A stretch of 64,000 bases of DNA from Deltaproteobacteria bacterium (lineage in GTDB: Bacteria; Omnitrophota; Gorgyraeia; Gygaellales; Profunditerraquicolaceae), in contig JBLMZF010000106.1 in assembly GCA_050258655.1 (NCBI GenBank), positions 2,669 through 66,668 of the forward strand. Direction: 5' to 3'. Positions 1 through 13,348 of this stretch are shown one piece after another (the stretch's first letter is position 1; each line of letters begins with the position of its first letter). A program made the translations under genes and the position numbers. Under the pieces are notes generated by a model. That model did not search any database and was not told the DNA's origin. It worked only from the letters and a program-made list of their open reading frames with translations.

Positions 1-562
1 CCGGCCCTTCCTTCTTTTCCTTGATAAGGAACAGGAACAGCACGCCGAGCACCGCGGGTATCAGGGAGATCAGGAATATCTCGCGCACCGGGTCCTTGAG
101 CCCGATGACAAGCACGTACGCCAGGATCACGCCGAGGACCGCCCCGGTGCTGTCCAGGGCGCGGTGAAGGCCGTAGGCGGCGCCCCTTTTCCCCTCGGGG
201 GCGCTGTCGGCGATGATCGCGTCGCGGGGAGCGGTACGCACCCCTTTGCCGAAACGGTCGATCACGCGGCCGATCAGGACCGCGTGCCAGTTCACCGCGG
301 TGTACAGGAAGATTTTTCCCAGAGCTGAGGCGGAATAACCGCCTATGGTGAACGGAAGACGCTTGCGGATCCTGTCGGACCAGTAGCCTGAGAAAACCTT
401 CATCAGGCTGGCGAGGGATTCCGCGATGCCTTCGATCAATCCCAGTATCGCGGGGCTGGCGCCCAGGGTGGTGACGAGGAAGACCGGCAGTATCGGGTAG
501 ATCATCTCGCTGGAGATGTCGGTCAGGAGACTGGTGATGCCGAGCAGGATGATGTTGAGCAT
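1..562 (-). CDS. MFS transporter (partial, runs off window start)
   Basis: Manual translation from ATG at 562: MLNIILLGITSLLTDISSEMIYPILPVF...GYWSDRIRKR...DRFGKGVRTAPRDAII, typical MFS motifs; absent from the ORF track. Confidence 0.85.
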   Translation of the reverse strand, partial: MLNIILLGITSLLTDISSEMIYPILPVFLVTTLGASPAILGLIEGIAESLASLMKVFSGYWSDRIRKRLPFTIGGYSASALGKIFLYTAVNWHAVLIGRVIDRFGKGVRTAPRDAIIADSAPEGKRGAAYGLHRALDSTGAVLGVILAYVLVIGLKDPVREIFLISLIPAVLGVLFLFLIKEKKEGP

Positions 563-624
563 TGCGCTCCAGCGCAACACCTGCGCGTATTCCGATCGCG
601 CAGGGTGCCACTGTCCGATTAAAG

Positions 625-2141
625 CTAGATCCTGTCGAAGAAATAGAAAATAGAGCCGAGCAGCACTATCAGCCAGCAAAAAGCGAGGAAGTAATCCCCG
701 TAAAGACCATAGACGGTGGGTGAGTGGTCCGTCTCGACCGCCACCGTCTCGGCCGACATGCCTTCGATGAACAGTTCCTTTCCTCCGGTATCGCGCACAA
801 TGCCTGAGATCCTGCCGGAACGGTCGATGAAACAGCTCACCCCCGTGTTCGCGCATCTGACCACCGGCACCCTGTTCTCCACCGCCCTGAACACCGCCGC
901 CTGACAATGCTGGTAGGTAGCCGGCGAATACCGGTACCAGGCGTCGTTGGTGATGTTGACCAGGAACGCGGCACCCTTGTTGACGAAGCGGCGCGCTATC
1001 TCAGGGAAGGTGTCCTCAAAACAGATCAGGCTGGAAAAAGGGACGCGGACCCCGTCCTTTCCCGTCACTGAGAAGACGGTAAAATCCTTCCCGCGCGCGA
1101 GTTCGCCTATGGGAGCCAGGGTCTCAAGGAACGTGAACACGTTACGCAGGGGGATGTACTCGCCGAAGGGGACAAGATGCGTCTTGTCATAGGTCGCGGT
1201 CACCTCGCCCGAAGGCATCAGGAGAAGCGCGCTGTTGTAGAACTTTTCGTCGCGGTGGGTGATAGCGCCGAGAAGAAGCGGGATCTTCCCGTCCTTTATC
1301 GCCGCTCTGGTCTGCGCGAAATACTCGGGGTCGTCCTCAAGGATCACCGGCAGGGCCGCTTCCGACCAGACAATCAGATCGGCGCCGCCCGAGACCGCCT
1401 CCTTCGAGAGCCGCAGGTGCGTCTCCATGATCTGTCTGCGCGCCTCGGGCAGCCATTTACGTTCATGCTCCACGTTCCCCTGTATGAGAGCGACCTTATA
1501 ACCGGCTCCGCGGGGACGCTCCGCCAACCGCATCGCGCCGTACCCGAGGCACAACGCCAGGACAAGCGCCGTAATGATCACCGATGCCGCCGACAGACGC
1601 TTCTCTCCGGCTATCTGGGATACGGCACCGTATACGCAGACATTGACCATCAGCACCAGGAACGACACTCCCCAGGCTCCGGTGATGTCGGCGAACTGGA
1701 TGACCGCCAGCTGCGATGTCTGTGTATAGGCGGCAAGCGCCCAGGGGAAACCGGTCATCAGGTGGCTGCGCAGGAACTCAAGAAGGACCCAGACGGAAGG
1801 TATGAAAAGAAGCTTGATGACGGAAAGACGGGTGCGCGTGGTGGAGAAGACGAGGCCGAAAACCGCGAAATACAGCGCAAGGTAAACGGCCATCCCGATC
1901 ATGCCGCCCAGCGTCACATGCATGAGCCAGTAGACCGTGGCTCCCCAGAAAAGGATCCCGGTGAGCATCGAAAGCAGGAAAGCCCGCCTCCTGGTCCTGC
2001 CCTGGATGGCGGCGAACCAGGGCACAAAGGCGACCCAGGCCAGGAACGGCCGGTCGGCATACGGGAAAGAAAGGAAAAGCAGGAAGGCCGAAAGCGCGCA
2101 CAGAGCTATTTCCAGGAAAGTACGGATTATGTCCCAGAGTC

Positions 2142-2145
<4 letters not shown>
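625..2145 (-). CDS. lnt: Apolipoprotein N-acyltransferase
   Basis: TM N-terminus, GFPW, QGN, WSE, YDKxHLVPFGEY, ICFE, NDAW, RCANTGVS; start placed at the ATGA overlap with the secA stop. Confidence 0.95.
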
Positions 2146-5108
<2,963 letters not shown>

Positions 5109-5135
5109 TACCAGTTACTCCCTTCTATCCCACCG

Positions 5136-5156
5136 TTCCCGCTTCGTAAGCGGGAA
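5136..5156. repeat. Hairpin TTCCCGCTT-CGT-AAGCGGGAA (REP-like or terminator)
   Basis: 9-bp perfect inverted repeat between prfB and secA; CTTCGTAAG core shared with 10102-10137. Confidence 0.55.
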
Positions 5157-5162
5157 GGGTCA

Positions 5163-6270
5163 TTATTTCTGTTTCATCCATTTCAGATAGGCCTCTATGA
5201 AACCGTCTATCTCCCCGTCAAGCACCGCCTGCGTGTTACCGGTCTCATAATCGGTGCGGTTGTCCTTCACCATCTGGTAGGGCTGCAGCACGTACGAACG
5301 GATCTGTGAACCCCACTCGATCTTCTTCTTCTCCGTCCCGACGGTCTTCTGCAGCTCCTCTTCCTTCTTGCGCTGCTCGTATTCGTATATCTTCGCCTTG
5401 AGGATCTTGAGCACGTTCTGCCTGTTCTGGTACTGCGAGCGCTCGTTCTGGCTCGACACCACGATCCCCGTCGGCTTATGGGTCATCCTGACCGCCGTAT
5501 CCGTCTTCTGCATGTGCTGGCCGCCCGGACCGGAAGCCCTGTATGTCTCGATGACCAGGTCCTTCTCCTCGATCTTGATCTCGCCGGTCTCCTCGATCTC
5601 GGGAAAAATGTCGACTGAGGCGAACGAGGTATGGCGGCGCTTGTTGGCGTCGAACGGCGAGATGCGCACCAGGCGGTGGACGCCGCGCTCAGACTTAAGG
5701 TACCCGAACGCGTAGGGGCCTTCGATAAGGATTGTGACGTTCTTGATGCCGGCCTCTTCGCCGTACAGGATGTCTATGGTCTTGACCCCGAAGCCCCTGC
5801 GTTCGGCCCAGCGCGTGTAAAGGCGCAGGAGCATCGAAGCCCAGTCGCAGGATTCCGTGCCGCCCGCTCCGGAGTTAATGCTCAGGTACGCGGAGTTCGG
5901 GTCGAACGGACCGTCAAGCAGCGTCCTGGACTCGATCGCCTCGACTTCCCCGACCAGCGCCGCCGAACTGCGGTCGAGGTCGGCCACCATATCCGGCTCC
6001 CCCTCGCCGGTGATAGCGGCTATCTCTTTAAGTTCTTCAAAACGCTTGTGCGCCTGTTCCCACGGCTCGACGACTGTCTTGAGGGATTTCAATTCCTTGA
6101 CGGTCCTGGAAGAGGATGCTTCATCGTTCCAGAACTCGGGGCTGGACATGAGGCCGGAAAGCTCGGCTATCTTGTGCTTCTTGCCCTCGATGTCAAAGAT
6201 ACCCTCGTAGGTTGCGCAGGATCTGCTCGATCGAGGAAAGGCGGACGTTGACGTCTTCGAGTAACGGCAT
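5163..6270 (-). CDS. prfB: Peptide chain release factor 2 with programmed +1 frameshift
   Basis: GGQ and SPF motifs; upstream frame MPLLEDVNVRLSSIEQILRNLRGYL ends at GAGGG-TAT-CTT-TGA-C (+ strand 6192-6206) and continues as DIEGKKH in the +1 frame. Confidence 0.95.
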
Positions 6271-6284
6271 AGGTATCCTTGGGT

Positions 6285-7358
6285 TTAGCGTTTCTTTATG
6301 CCCTTGAGGGCGAGAGAGAACTCGTCGGGGTTGTCGGAGAAGCTGGTCGCCTCTTCCACGCTGACCTTGCCCGCCTTGACGAGCCTGACCAGCGACTGGT
6401 CGAAGGAGTGCATACCGAACACTTCCGAATCCTCTATGAACTTGTTCATCTCCCAGATCTTGTTCTCCCTGATCAGCCTGCTTATCGTCGGGGAAAGCAG
6501 CATGACCTCGGACGCCGGGACGCGTTCGCTGCCGTCCTGAGTCGGGATAAGCCGCAGCGAGATCACGCCCTTGAGCAGCTGCGAGAGCTGGGAGCATACC
6601 TGGTTATGCTGGTGCGGGGGGAAGAAATTTATCATTCGCTCCGCGGTCTGGCAGGCGTTGACCGTATGCAGGGTGCTCAGCACGAGCACTCCCGTCTCGG
6701 CGGCCGTCAAAGCGGCCTGCATCGTCTCCATGTCGCGGATGTTCCCTATATAGATCACGTCGGGGCTCTGGAGCGTGAACGAACGCAGGGCGGCGGAATA
6801 GGAAGAAACGTCCTTGCCCAGCTCCCTCTGGTTGATGATGCAGTTCTTGTCCTGGAACGTGAACTCGATCGGCTCCTCGAGGGTGAAGATGTGCCTGTTG
6901 GCGTTGACGTTGATGTACTCGATCATGCTGGCGATCGTCGTCGATTTCCCCGAGCCCATCGTGCCTGTCAGCAGGATTATGCCGCGCCGCTCCATCGCCA
7001 GCTTCTTGAGCGTCTCGGCAGGCAGGCCGAGCTCTTCCATGGTCTTGATGAACGTCGGGACGTTACGGATGACTATCGAGGGGTAGTTGCGCTGGGTAAA
7101 GATGCTGACGCGGAAACGGTGCTTGAGTTCCTGGCTGTAGTAGGCGAACTCGATGTCCAGGCTCTTCTTGAAGAACTCCCTGAGCTCCTCGGAAAGGAGG
7201 CGCTGAAGGGCGAAATCCATATCCGTCAGGTTGACGATGTCGTCCCCGAGCTTGACTATCTGGCCGTTAAGGCGCATGCGGACGGTGCCACCGACCCTGA
7301 AAAAAAGGTCGGACGCGTTCTTTTCGACCATCGTCCGAAGGCAATCGAGTATCTCCAA
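6285..7358 (-). CDS. PilT/PilU-family type IV pilus ATPase (atypical Walker B)
   Basis: ASDL, GTMGSGKST, EPIEF, QRE, PDVIYIGNIRD, AAETG, STLHT. Confidence 0.9.
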   Translation of the reverse strand: MEILDCLRTMVEKNASDLFFRVGGTVRMRLNGQIVKLGDDIVNLTDMDFALQRLLSEELREFFKKSLDIEFAYYSQELKHRFRVSIFTQRNYPSIVIRNVPTFIKTMEELGLPAETLKKLAMERRGIILLTGTMGSGKSTTIASMIEYINVNANRHIFTLEEPIEFTFQDKNCIINQRELGKDVSSYSAALRSFTLQSPDVIYIGNIRDMETMQAALTAAETGVLVLSTLHTVNACQTAERMINFFPPHQHNQVCSQLSQLLKGVISLRLIPTQDGSERVPASEVMLLSPTISRLIRENKIWEMNKFIEDSEVFGMHSFDQSLVRLVKAGKVSVEEATSFSDNPDEFSLALKGIKKR

Positions 7359-7407
7359 TCTTCCTCCGCTGTTTTTTCGTAACCGATTGTGCTAATTATT
7401 ATACCAC

Positions 7408-8898
7408 TCAGCGGCGCTTTTCCGTAGTAAAAAATTTCATGCCTTTCCCGAGGAAAAGGCGCGTCTGAGCGTCCAGGGCGGGGGTCGATCCGAGGATGAT
7501 GATGATGACGGGAGCGATGATCCATTCCATGGCTATCAGCACGTTCTTGAGCCAGCTGACACCCTTCGGCCGGGGAGGCAGGATGGTGCGGCTCAGGAGC
7601 ACCCAGACGATACTGGTGCAGAGCGTCAGGTTGAGCAGAAACCCTGTGATACGAGGGAGGTTAAAGCCGATCGGCATCTGCCGGAAGAAGACCCCTCCCA
7701 GGAAGATCGGGAGGGGCGCGATGAAGACGATGATGACCGCCCAGCAGGCCCAGGTGACGTGGCTTTCGAACAGGTGGAACGAACGGCGGACCTTGAGACC
7801 CGCGGGGACACCCTCCTCCCTCAGGAAACGGCGCACCACGTAAGGGAAGTTCTCCACGCCCCAGGCCCACCTGCGCTTCTGCTTGTACTGGAGTCCGATC
7901 GTGCTCAGGACATCCCTGCCGTAAGCGGCGTCCATGGAAACGGTCGTGTACAGCGGGATGACGCGGTACTCGCCCTTATAATGGAGGAACGCTTTCCAGT
8001 AGATGACCGAATCGTCCGAGATCATGTCCACCGGCCAGTAGTCTATATCCACAAGGGTCTTGAAACTCATGCTGTGGCTGGAAAAAGTGACGAACTTCTC
8101 CAGCCTCATGCTCTCTATCATCTGTGAGAACGACGAGGACATCTCCACCACGCGCGCGAACGAAGGCGCGGTCCAGATGTTGTTGTTGTAGACCGGGATG
8201 GGCTGGTAGCTGGCCTGGTGCGGGTGGGGGTTGGTCAGGAAATGGTACGCCAGGCACCCGAAATATTCCGGATGACAGCAGGTGTCCGCGTCGAAGCAGG
8301 AGACGATCACCGACTCCAGCGGTATCTTCCTGCCCTCGATGAACTCCTTCGCGCGCTTGCCCGCCCAGGTGGCGTTGGCTCCCTTCATGCGCTCCTCGCC
8401 GGGGAGCCCGTCCGGATGGAACGTGGTGATATACCCGAAGAAGTCATGCTTGAATTCCTTCTCGAGCACTTCGGCGGTCTGCCGGGAAGGCTTGTGGCGC
8501 TCCTCGAACGACACGACGGCGATGATCCTGTTGAGCGGGTAATGGCTTTCCTTGAGCGCCTGCAGCGAAGGACGCAGTATCTCAAGCCCCTCCTTGTACA
8601 CGGGGAACAGCACCAGCTGATAGACCCCGTCGAACCCCTTGTGGCGCTCGGCCATCCTGAGCCAGTTCCTGTCCTTCTCTTTCTGCAGCCTCCTGTGGGC
8701 CATCAGCAGGAGGATGGTCAGGTAAAGGGTCCTGATGATCCAGTAGAACTCGAAGATGATGATCAGCACCGCGCTGACCACCGGCCTGAACACGGCCAGC
8801 ACGATCAGGGCGATGATGAAGAACCACGAGACTCCGCCCGGCACCATCTCGAGGAAGCGGAACACCCTGTCTTTCTGCGTCTTGACCAGTTCGCTCAT
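7408..8898 (-). CDS. Membrane processive glycosyltransferase family 2
   Basis: TM ends, PVYKE, KGAN, DAD, QKRRW motif. Confidence 0.8.
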   Translation of the reverse strand: MSELVKTQKDRVFRFLEMVPGGVSWFFIIALIVLAVFRPVVSAVLIIIFEFYWIIRTLYLTILLLMAHRRLQKEKDRNWLRMAERHKGFDGVYQLVLFPVYKEGLEILRPSLQALKESHYPLNRIIAVVSFEERHKPSRQTAEVLEKEFKHDFFGYITTFHPDGLPGEERMKGANATWAGKRAKEFIEGRKIPLESVIVSCFDADTCCHPEYFGCLAYHFLTNPHPHQASYQPIPVYNNNIWTAPSFARVVEMSSSFSQMIESMRLEKFVTFSSHSMSFKTLVDIDYWPVDMISDDSVIYWKAFLHYKGEYRVIPLYTTVSMDAAYGRDVLSTIGLQYKQKRRWAWGVENFPYVVRRFLREEGVPAGLKVRRSFHLFESHVTWACWAVIIVFIAPLPIFLGGVFFRQMPIGFNLPRITGFLLNLTLCTSIVWVLLSRTILPPRPKGVSWLKNVLIAMEWIIAPVIIIILGSTPALDAQTRLFLGKGMKFFTTEKRR

Positions 8899-9830
8899 TT
8901 GTCCTTGTCGTCCCCGAAATTCTTGCGCATAAAGTCGCGGAAAAGGTAAAGTTTGCGGCCGAGCTCCAGCCTGTACACGTTCTCGTACGGCCTGTTGTCC
9001 GCGCCCGACTGCGAATCCTGGAAATAGAGGATATCCCCGTCGCTCTCGTAGAACAGTTTCCTTGGGTCGGAGTTGAGCTTCATCAGCACGAAAGGCTGGG
9101 CTCCCGGGCGCGTCTCGAGCATACAGATCTCCCTCCCCCTCAGGACGACGATATGGTAGTTGTCGGAATACCAGAAGACCTCTTTGATCGGCCCTGACAG
9201 CTGAAGGACGAACGAACTGTTCTGCGGTGCGCCCGGCTCGAGGTCGACTATCCCCACCATTTCATCATTGTAATAAAGCACGCTTTTGCGGTCAGGCGAG
9301 ACCTTCCACTCTTTCGCTCCCCCGGGCAGGGGGAAGAACTCCGCTATCTTCTCCGGGCGCTCGCCGGAGAAATCGGAGCGGTAGAGGCTGTTCGAGTCGG
9401 AAGCGACGTAATAGATCTGCCTGTCCTCGTCGATCCAGAACCAGGAGATCTGCTCGCGGTTGACCTTCTGTACGTCGGGACGCAGCGGGAAGAGCAGTAT
9501 CTTTTCCAGGCGCGCCACCGAGCTCGCTTTCACCTCGACATCCTGGCTGTACGGGTAATACCCGGACAGTCTCAGCTCGACCTTGTAGTTCCCGGGCAGA
9601 AGCTCAGTGATGCCGCACGGTGTCTTTTCGTTGAGCGGCGCTCCGTTCAGGAAGACCCCCGCCCCCGCGGGCTGGCTTTTCAAAGAGATAAGACCCGTAC
9701 GGGTAAAGGTCCAGGTCGCGCGGTTGAACTTGTAACCGAGCGTGTAGGTGAGGATCATCGGCAGCCCGGTGAAGAACACCGCCGCGCTGAAATAATAGAG
9801 GACCGCCCTTATCTTTTGTTCTCTGACCAC
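8895..9830 (-). CDS. PEGA domain membrane protein with a beta-propeller-like C-terminus
   Basis: TM then GYKFN, TGLISLKSQPAGAGVFLNG...KTP...LLPGNYKV; GTG start at 9830 chosen over the longer ORF. Confidence 0.75.
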   Translation of the reverse strand: MVREQKIRAVLYYFSAAVFFTGLPMILTYTLGYKFNRATWTFTRTGLISLKSQPAGAGVFLNGAPLNEKTPCGITELLPGNYKVELRLSGYYPYSQDVEVKASSVARLEKILLFPLRPDVQKVNREQISWFWIDEDRQIYYVASDSNSLYRSDFSGERPEKIAEFFPLPGGAKEWKVSPDRKSVLYYNDEMVGIVDLEPGAPQNSSFVLQLSGPIKEVFWYSDNYHIVVLRGREICMLETRPGAQPFVLMKLNSDPRKLFYESDGDILYFQDSQSGADNRPYENVYRLELGRKLYLFRDFMRKNFGDDKDK

Positions 9831-10087
9831 AGCCTGATCTCTCTTTCCATGGCAAGAAGCCGTCTCTTCTTCGCGCTCCCGCCGGCGAAACCCCCGAGCG
9901 AGCCGTCGCTTTTGACCACGCGGTGGCAGGGGACGAGCGGCGCGTACGGGTTGCGGTTGAGCGCGTTGCCGACGGCGCGGCAGGCGCGCGGCCTGCCGAT
10001 CCTGGCGGCGACCCATTGATAGCTTCTGGTCTCGCCGACCGGTATCTCCATCACCGCCTTATATACCTTCTTCTCGAACTCCGTCAT
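9809..10087 (-). CDS. O6-methylguanine-DNA methyltransferase (MGMT family, short)
   Basis: IPVGETRSY, RAVGNALNRNP, PCHRV active site. Confidence 0.9.
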   Translation of the reverse strand: MTEFEKKVYKAVMEIPVGETRSYQWVAARIGRPRACRAVGNALNRNPYAPLVPCHRVVKSDGSLGGFAGGSAKKRRLLAMEREIRLWSENKR

Positions 10088-10101
10088 CTCTCCACCTTTT
10101 C

Positions 10102-10137
10102 AACTTCGTAAGTTGAAAATTTTCAACTTACGAAGTT
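10102..10137. repeat. Perfect 36-bp palindrome AACTTCGTAAGTTGAAAA|TTTTCAACTTACGAAGTT
   Basis: Direct reading; intergenic between uvrC and MGMT. Confidence 0.85.
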
Positions 10138-10145
10138 ACCGTGGT

Positions 10146-11399
10146 TTATTTCTCGCCTAAGACCTTCTTCCGGTGCAATAAATGGTGGTACACGCGGGCG
10201 AAGCGATGGGCTTCGTCCCGGACACGGCGGACCAGATTGAGCCCGGGAGTGTCCTCGCGGAAACTCACCGGCTCTTCCCTGCCCGGCACGTAGATGTTTT
10301 CCTGTTCCTTGGCCAGGGCGATCATCGGTATATCCAGCCCCAGCGCTCGTATCTCTCCCAGCGCCGCCTCGAGGTGCTGGCGGCCGCCGTCTATCAGTAT
10401 CAGGTCCGGCATCTGCCGGTTCTCCACCTTGAGCCTGTAGTATCTGCGCCGGACCACCTCTCGGATCATCGCGTAGTCGTCGATCCTGTCCACGGTCTTG
10501 ATCCGGAACCGGCGGTAATTGTCCTTATCAGGGGAACCCTTCAGGAAGCTCACCATCGACCCGGTCGCTTCCTTACCGGAGATATTGGCGATGTCGAAGG
10601 CCTCGATGCGTATCGGAGGGCGGTCCATGCCGGCGATCTTGCGCAGCTCCTCGATACCATTGAGGTTCAGGAACTCATTGCCCCTGCTGACCGCGCTCAA
10701 CGCATGTATCTGGTCGCGGATCTTGGCGGCGTCCTCGAACCGCCGTTCCTTCGCGGCGAGGTTCATCTTCTCCGAAAGCCGGAAGGCCAGTTCATCATAC
10801 CGCGAATCGAGTACCAGCTGGATATCCTTGATTATCTCAGCGTATCGCTGTTTGGTCAACTTCCCTTTGCAGGGGCCGGGGCACAGCTTCAGCCGGAAAT
10901 AAAGGCACGGCTGCCTTGGCATCACGTTGCAGGAACGGAAACCGAAGATGCGGCGGATGACCTTGAGAGCCTGCCGCAGGAGATTGGCGCTGGTGTACGG
11001 CCCGTAATAGGTCGACCCGTCCTTCGTGTGGAGCTCGCCCTTCTGCTTCCGGCACACCATCACGACAGGGAAATCGTCGCCGGTGATGCGTATCATCGGG
11101 AAGGACTTGTCGTCCTTGAGGCTGATGTTGTACCTGGGCTGCTTTTCCTTGATCAGCGACGCTTCCCACAGCTGGGCCTGGAACTCTGTAGGTGAAAGGA
11201 TATACTCGAGGTCCTCGACCTGCGAGACCATCGCCTGGGTCTTCGAATTGAGGAATCTGCCGAAGTAGGAGGAAACCCGCTTCTTCAGGGACTTCGCCTT
11301 GCCGATATATATGATCTCCCCCTTCGCGTTCTTGAAAAGGTATACTCCGGGAGAATCCGGGAGAGCCTTGACCTTGTCTTTTACTTTTCCTGTGCTCAT
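10146..11399 (-). CDS. uvrC: Excinuclease ABC subunit C (short form)
   Basis: GIY-YIG (PGVY...YIGKAKSL), Cys cluster, UVR domain, RIEAFDI, DGG, RDEAHRFA. Confidence 0.93.
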   Translation of the reverse strand: MSTGKVKDKVKALPDSPGVYLFKNAKGEIIYIGKAKSLKKRVSSYFGRFLNSKTQAMVSQVEDLEYILSPTEFQAQLWEASLIKEKQPRYNISLKDDKSFPMIRITGDDFPVVMVCRKQKGELHTKDGSTYYGPYTSANLLRQALKVIRRIFGFRSCNVMPRQPCLYFRLKLCPGPCKGKLTKQRYAEIIKDIQLVLDSRYDELAFRLSEKMNLAAKERRFEDAAKIRDQIHALSAVSRGNEFLNLNGIEELRKIAGMDRPPIRIEAFDIANISGKEATGSMVSFLKGSPDKDNYRRFRIKTVDRIDDYAMIREVVRRRYYRLKVENRQMPDLILIDGGRQHLEAALGEIRALGLDIPMIALAKEQENIYVPGREEPVSFREDTPGLNLVRRVRDEAHRFARVYHHLLHRKKVLGEK

Positions 11400-11404
11400 G
11401 ATCC

Positions 11405-13012
11405 TTATATCTCTTCTGGGACGGCGGTCTTTCTGGCCATCCATTCCCATATCCTGGCTACCGGCCCCACGCGCAGAGCGATACAGAACACCGCGTAGGA
11501 GGCCGCTCCCGCGCAGACCGGCACGATGATGCTCAGGGCACGTCCGGAGATCCCCGGCCCGAAGCCGCGCCCCAGCGCGAGCAGGCAGACGGCTCCCATC
11601 CCGGCGCTGGCAGCGATGACCTTGGTGATATACTCGGCCATGCCTGCCAGGTCGACGCCTCCTATCCTGCTCTTGAGGGCCTGGAGCGATACCGCGAAGG
11701 TGACGATGCCTGAGATCGATGTCGCCAGAGCGAGTCCCCCGATCTTAAGCGGGTATATCAGCAGCGCGTTGAAGACGATGTTGAGCACCAGCGTCAGGAC
11801 CGAGATCTTCGTCGGAGTAACCGTATCCTTGATCGCGAAAAAGGCGCAGTTGACGACCTTGGTGGCGCCGTAGGCGAAGAGCCCGATGCTGTAGAAAAAG
11901 AGCGCGCTGGCGGTCATATCGACCGCGTAGGCATCGAACTTCCCTCCCCTGAACAAAGCGGAGATCATCGGCTTCGAGAGCACCATGAAGGCGACCGAAG
12001 CCGGTATCATCACGAACAGCACCGACCTCAGCCCGAACCCTACTGTCTTGCGCAGCTTCGACCTGTCCTCTTCGATCGCCTGTGTGGACATGACCGGCAG
12101 GATCGCCTGCGAAAGCGAGTTGCTGAAGATGCCCAGCGGGAACTGGATCAGGCGGTACGAGAAATAGAGCGCGGCGACACCGCCGGTACCGACGATGAAG
12201 ACCAGCGAACCGAAGATCGTGTCCACGAAATTGTTGAGCTGGTAGATCGCGGTGCTGAACAGGCGCGGGGTCAACAGGCGCAAGATGCGTTTCAGGTCGG
12301 GATGGCCGAACCCCTTGAGCGAAAAACGGAACCGGTACCCTTTGGAATACAGCACCGGCACCTGGACGGCCAGCTGAAGCACGCCGCCGATCAGCACGCC
12401 CGAGGCAAGGCCCTTTATGCCTTCTCCCCAGACCAGGGCGCAGACGATGATCGCGATGTTAAGCAGGCAGGGGGCGAACGCGGGCACCGCGAAATGGCGC
12501 AGAGAGTTCAGCACGCCCATGAAGTAAGCGGTCAGCCCGATCAGCAGGATGTACGGGAAGATGAGCCGGTTGAGCTTTACCGTGGTCAGGAACTGCTGGG
12601 CGTCCGCGCTGAAACCGGGGGCGACCAGGCGCACCAGGACCGGCGAGAGCAGTATGCCCAGAAGCGTGATGGCCGACAGCACGACCAGGATAAAGTTCAT
12701 CCCGGCGTTGACCAGCTCCCAGAATTCCTCTTTCCGGCCCCGGCCCGTATACTCGCTGAATACGGGGACGAACGCGGCGTTCGAGGCCCCTTCCCCGATC
12801 ATGTCCCTGAAAAGGTTGGGGATCTTGAAGGCGATAACGAACGCCTGGGCGTAGACATAGACGCCGAAAAGCCGGGCGATGACTATGTCCCTGACGAAGC
12901 CCAGCAGGCGCGAGCAGAGGGTCGCAAGGCCGATCACTCCCGCCGACTTTGCCACCTGCCTGTGCCCGCCGCCCCCCTGCCGGGGGACGTTGCCGGATTT
13001 ATCTATTGACAT
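11405..13012 (-). CDS. murJ: Lipid II flippase MurJ
   Basis: SRLLGFVRD, AFKIPNLFR, EGA, many TMs. Confidence 0.95.
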   Translation of the reverse strand: MSIDKSGNVPRQGGGGHRQVAKSAGVIGLATLCSRLLGFVRDIVIARLFGVYVYAQAFVIAFKIPNLFRDMIGEGASNAAFVPVFSEYTGRGRKEEFWELVNAGMNFILVVLSAITLLGILLSPVLVRLVAPGFSADAQQFLTTVKLNRLIFPYILLIGLTAYFMGVLNSLRHFAVPAFAPCLLNIAIIVCALVWGEGIKGLASGVLIGGVLQLAVQVPVLYSKGYRFRFSLKGFGHPDLKRILRLLTPRLFSTAIYQLNNFVDTIFGSLVFIVGTGGVAALYFSYRLIQFPLGIFSNSLSQAILPVMSTQAIEEDRSKLRKTVGFGLRSVLFVMIPASVAFMVLSKPMISALFRGGKFDAYAVDMTASALFFYSIGLFAYGATKVVNCAFFAIKDTVTPTKISVLTLVLNIVFNALLIYPLKIGGLALATSISGIVTFAVSLQALKSRIGGVDLAGMAEYITKVIAASAGMGAVCLLALGRGFGPGISGRALSIIVPVCAGAASYAVFCIALRVGPVARIWEWMARKTAVPEEI

Positions 13013-13034
13013 GGTTTTTAGATGATGCTATAAA
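13006..13034 (+). promoter_or_regulatory. Sigma70-type promoter for rpsT
   Basis: TTGACA-17 nt-TATAAA with TG extension; overlaps the murJ start codon. Confidence 0.6.
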
Positions 13035-13084
13035 TAAATGGAATTACACGAGTTTTTCTACACACCATTCAAGGAGCCACTACA

Positions 13085-13348
13085 ATGCCTAAACGTAAAG
13101 CAGCAGTCAAACAAGAGCGCAAGGACAGGAAACGCCACGCGCATAACCTCAAGATAAAGACCGAGCTCAAGAAAGCCGTCAAGAAGTTCCAGCAGCTCAT
13201 TGTCGCCAAGAACGCCGCTGAAGCGAAGACCGTTCTGACCAAGGTCTTCTCCCTGCTCGACAAGGCCGCCAAGAAGAACGTGATCCACAAGAACAAGGCC
13301 AGCCGCGACAAGAGCAGGTTCTCAAGCAGGCTTGCGAAGGCTGCATAA
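13085..13348 (+). CDS. rpsT: 30S ribosomal protein S20
   Basis: K/R-rich 87 aa, LDKAAKKNVIHKNKASRDKSR. Confidence 0.96.
   Translation: MPKRKAAVKQERKDRKRHAHNLKIKTELKKAVKKFQQLIVAKNAAEAKTVLTKVFSLLDKAAKKNVIHKNKASRDKSRFSSRLAKAA

Noticed and set aside
562-607. Two small hairpins between lnt and the MFS gene
   Set aside because: GC-rich, imperfect and not repeated, so there is not enough evidence.
6193-6597. 134 aa ORF ending RGYL
   Set aside because: Only its last 25 codons are real (prfB frame 0); the rest overlaps the PilT-family gene.
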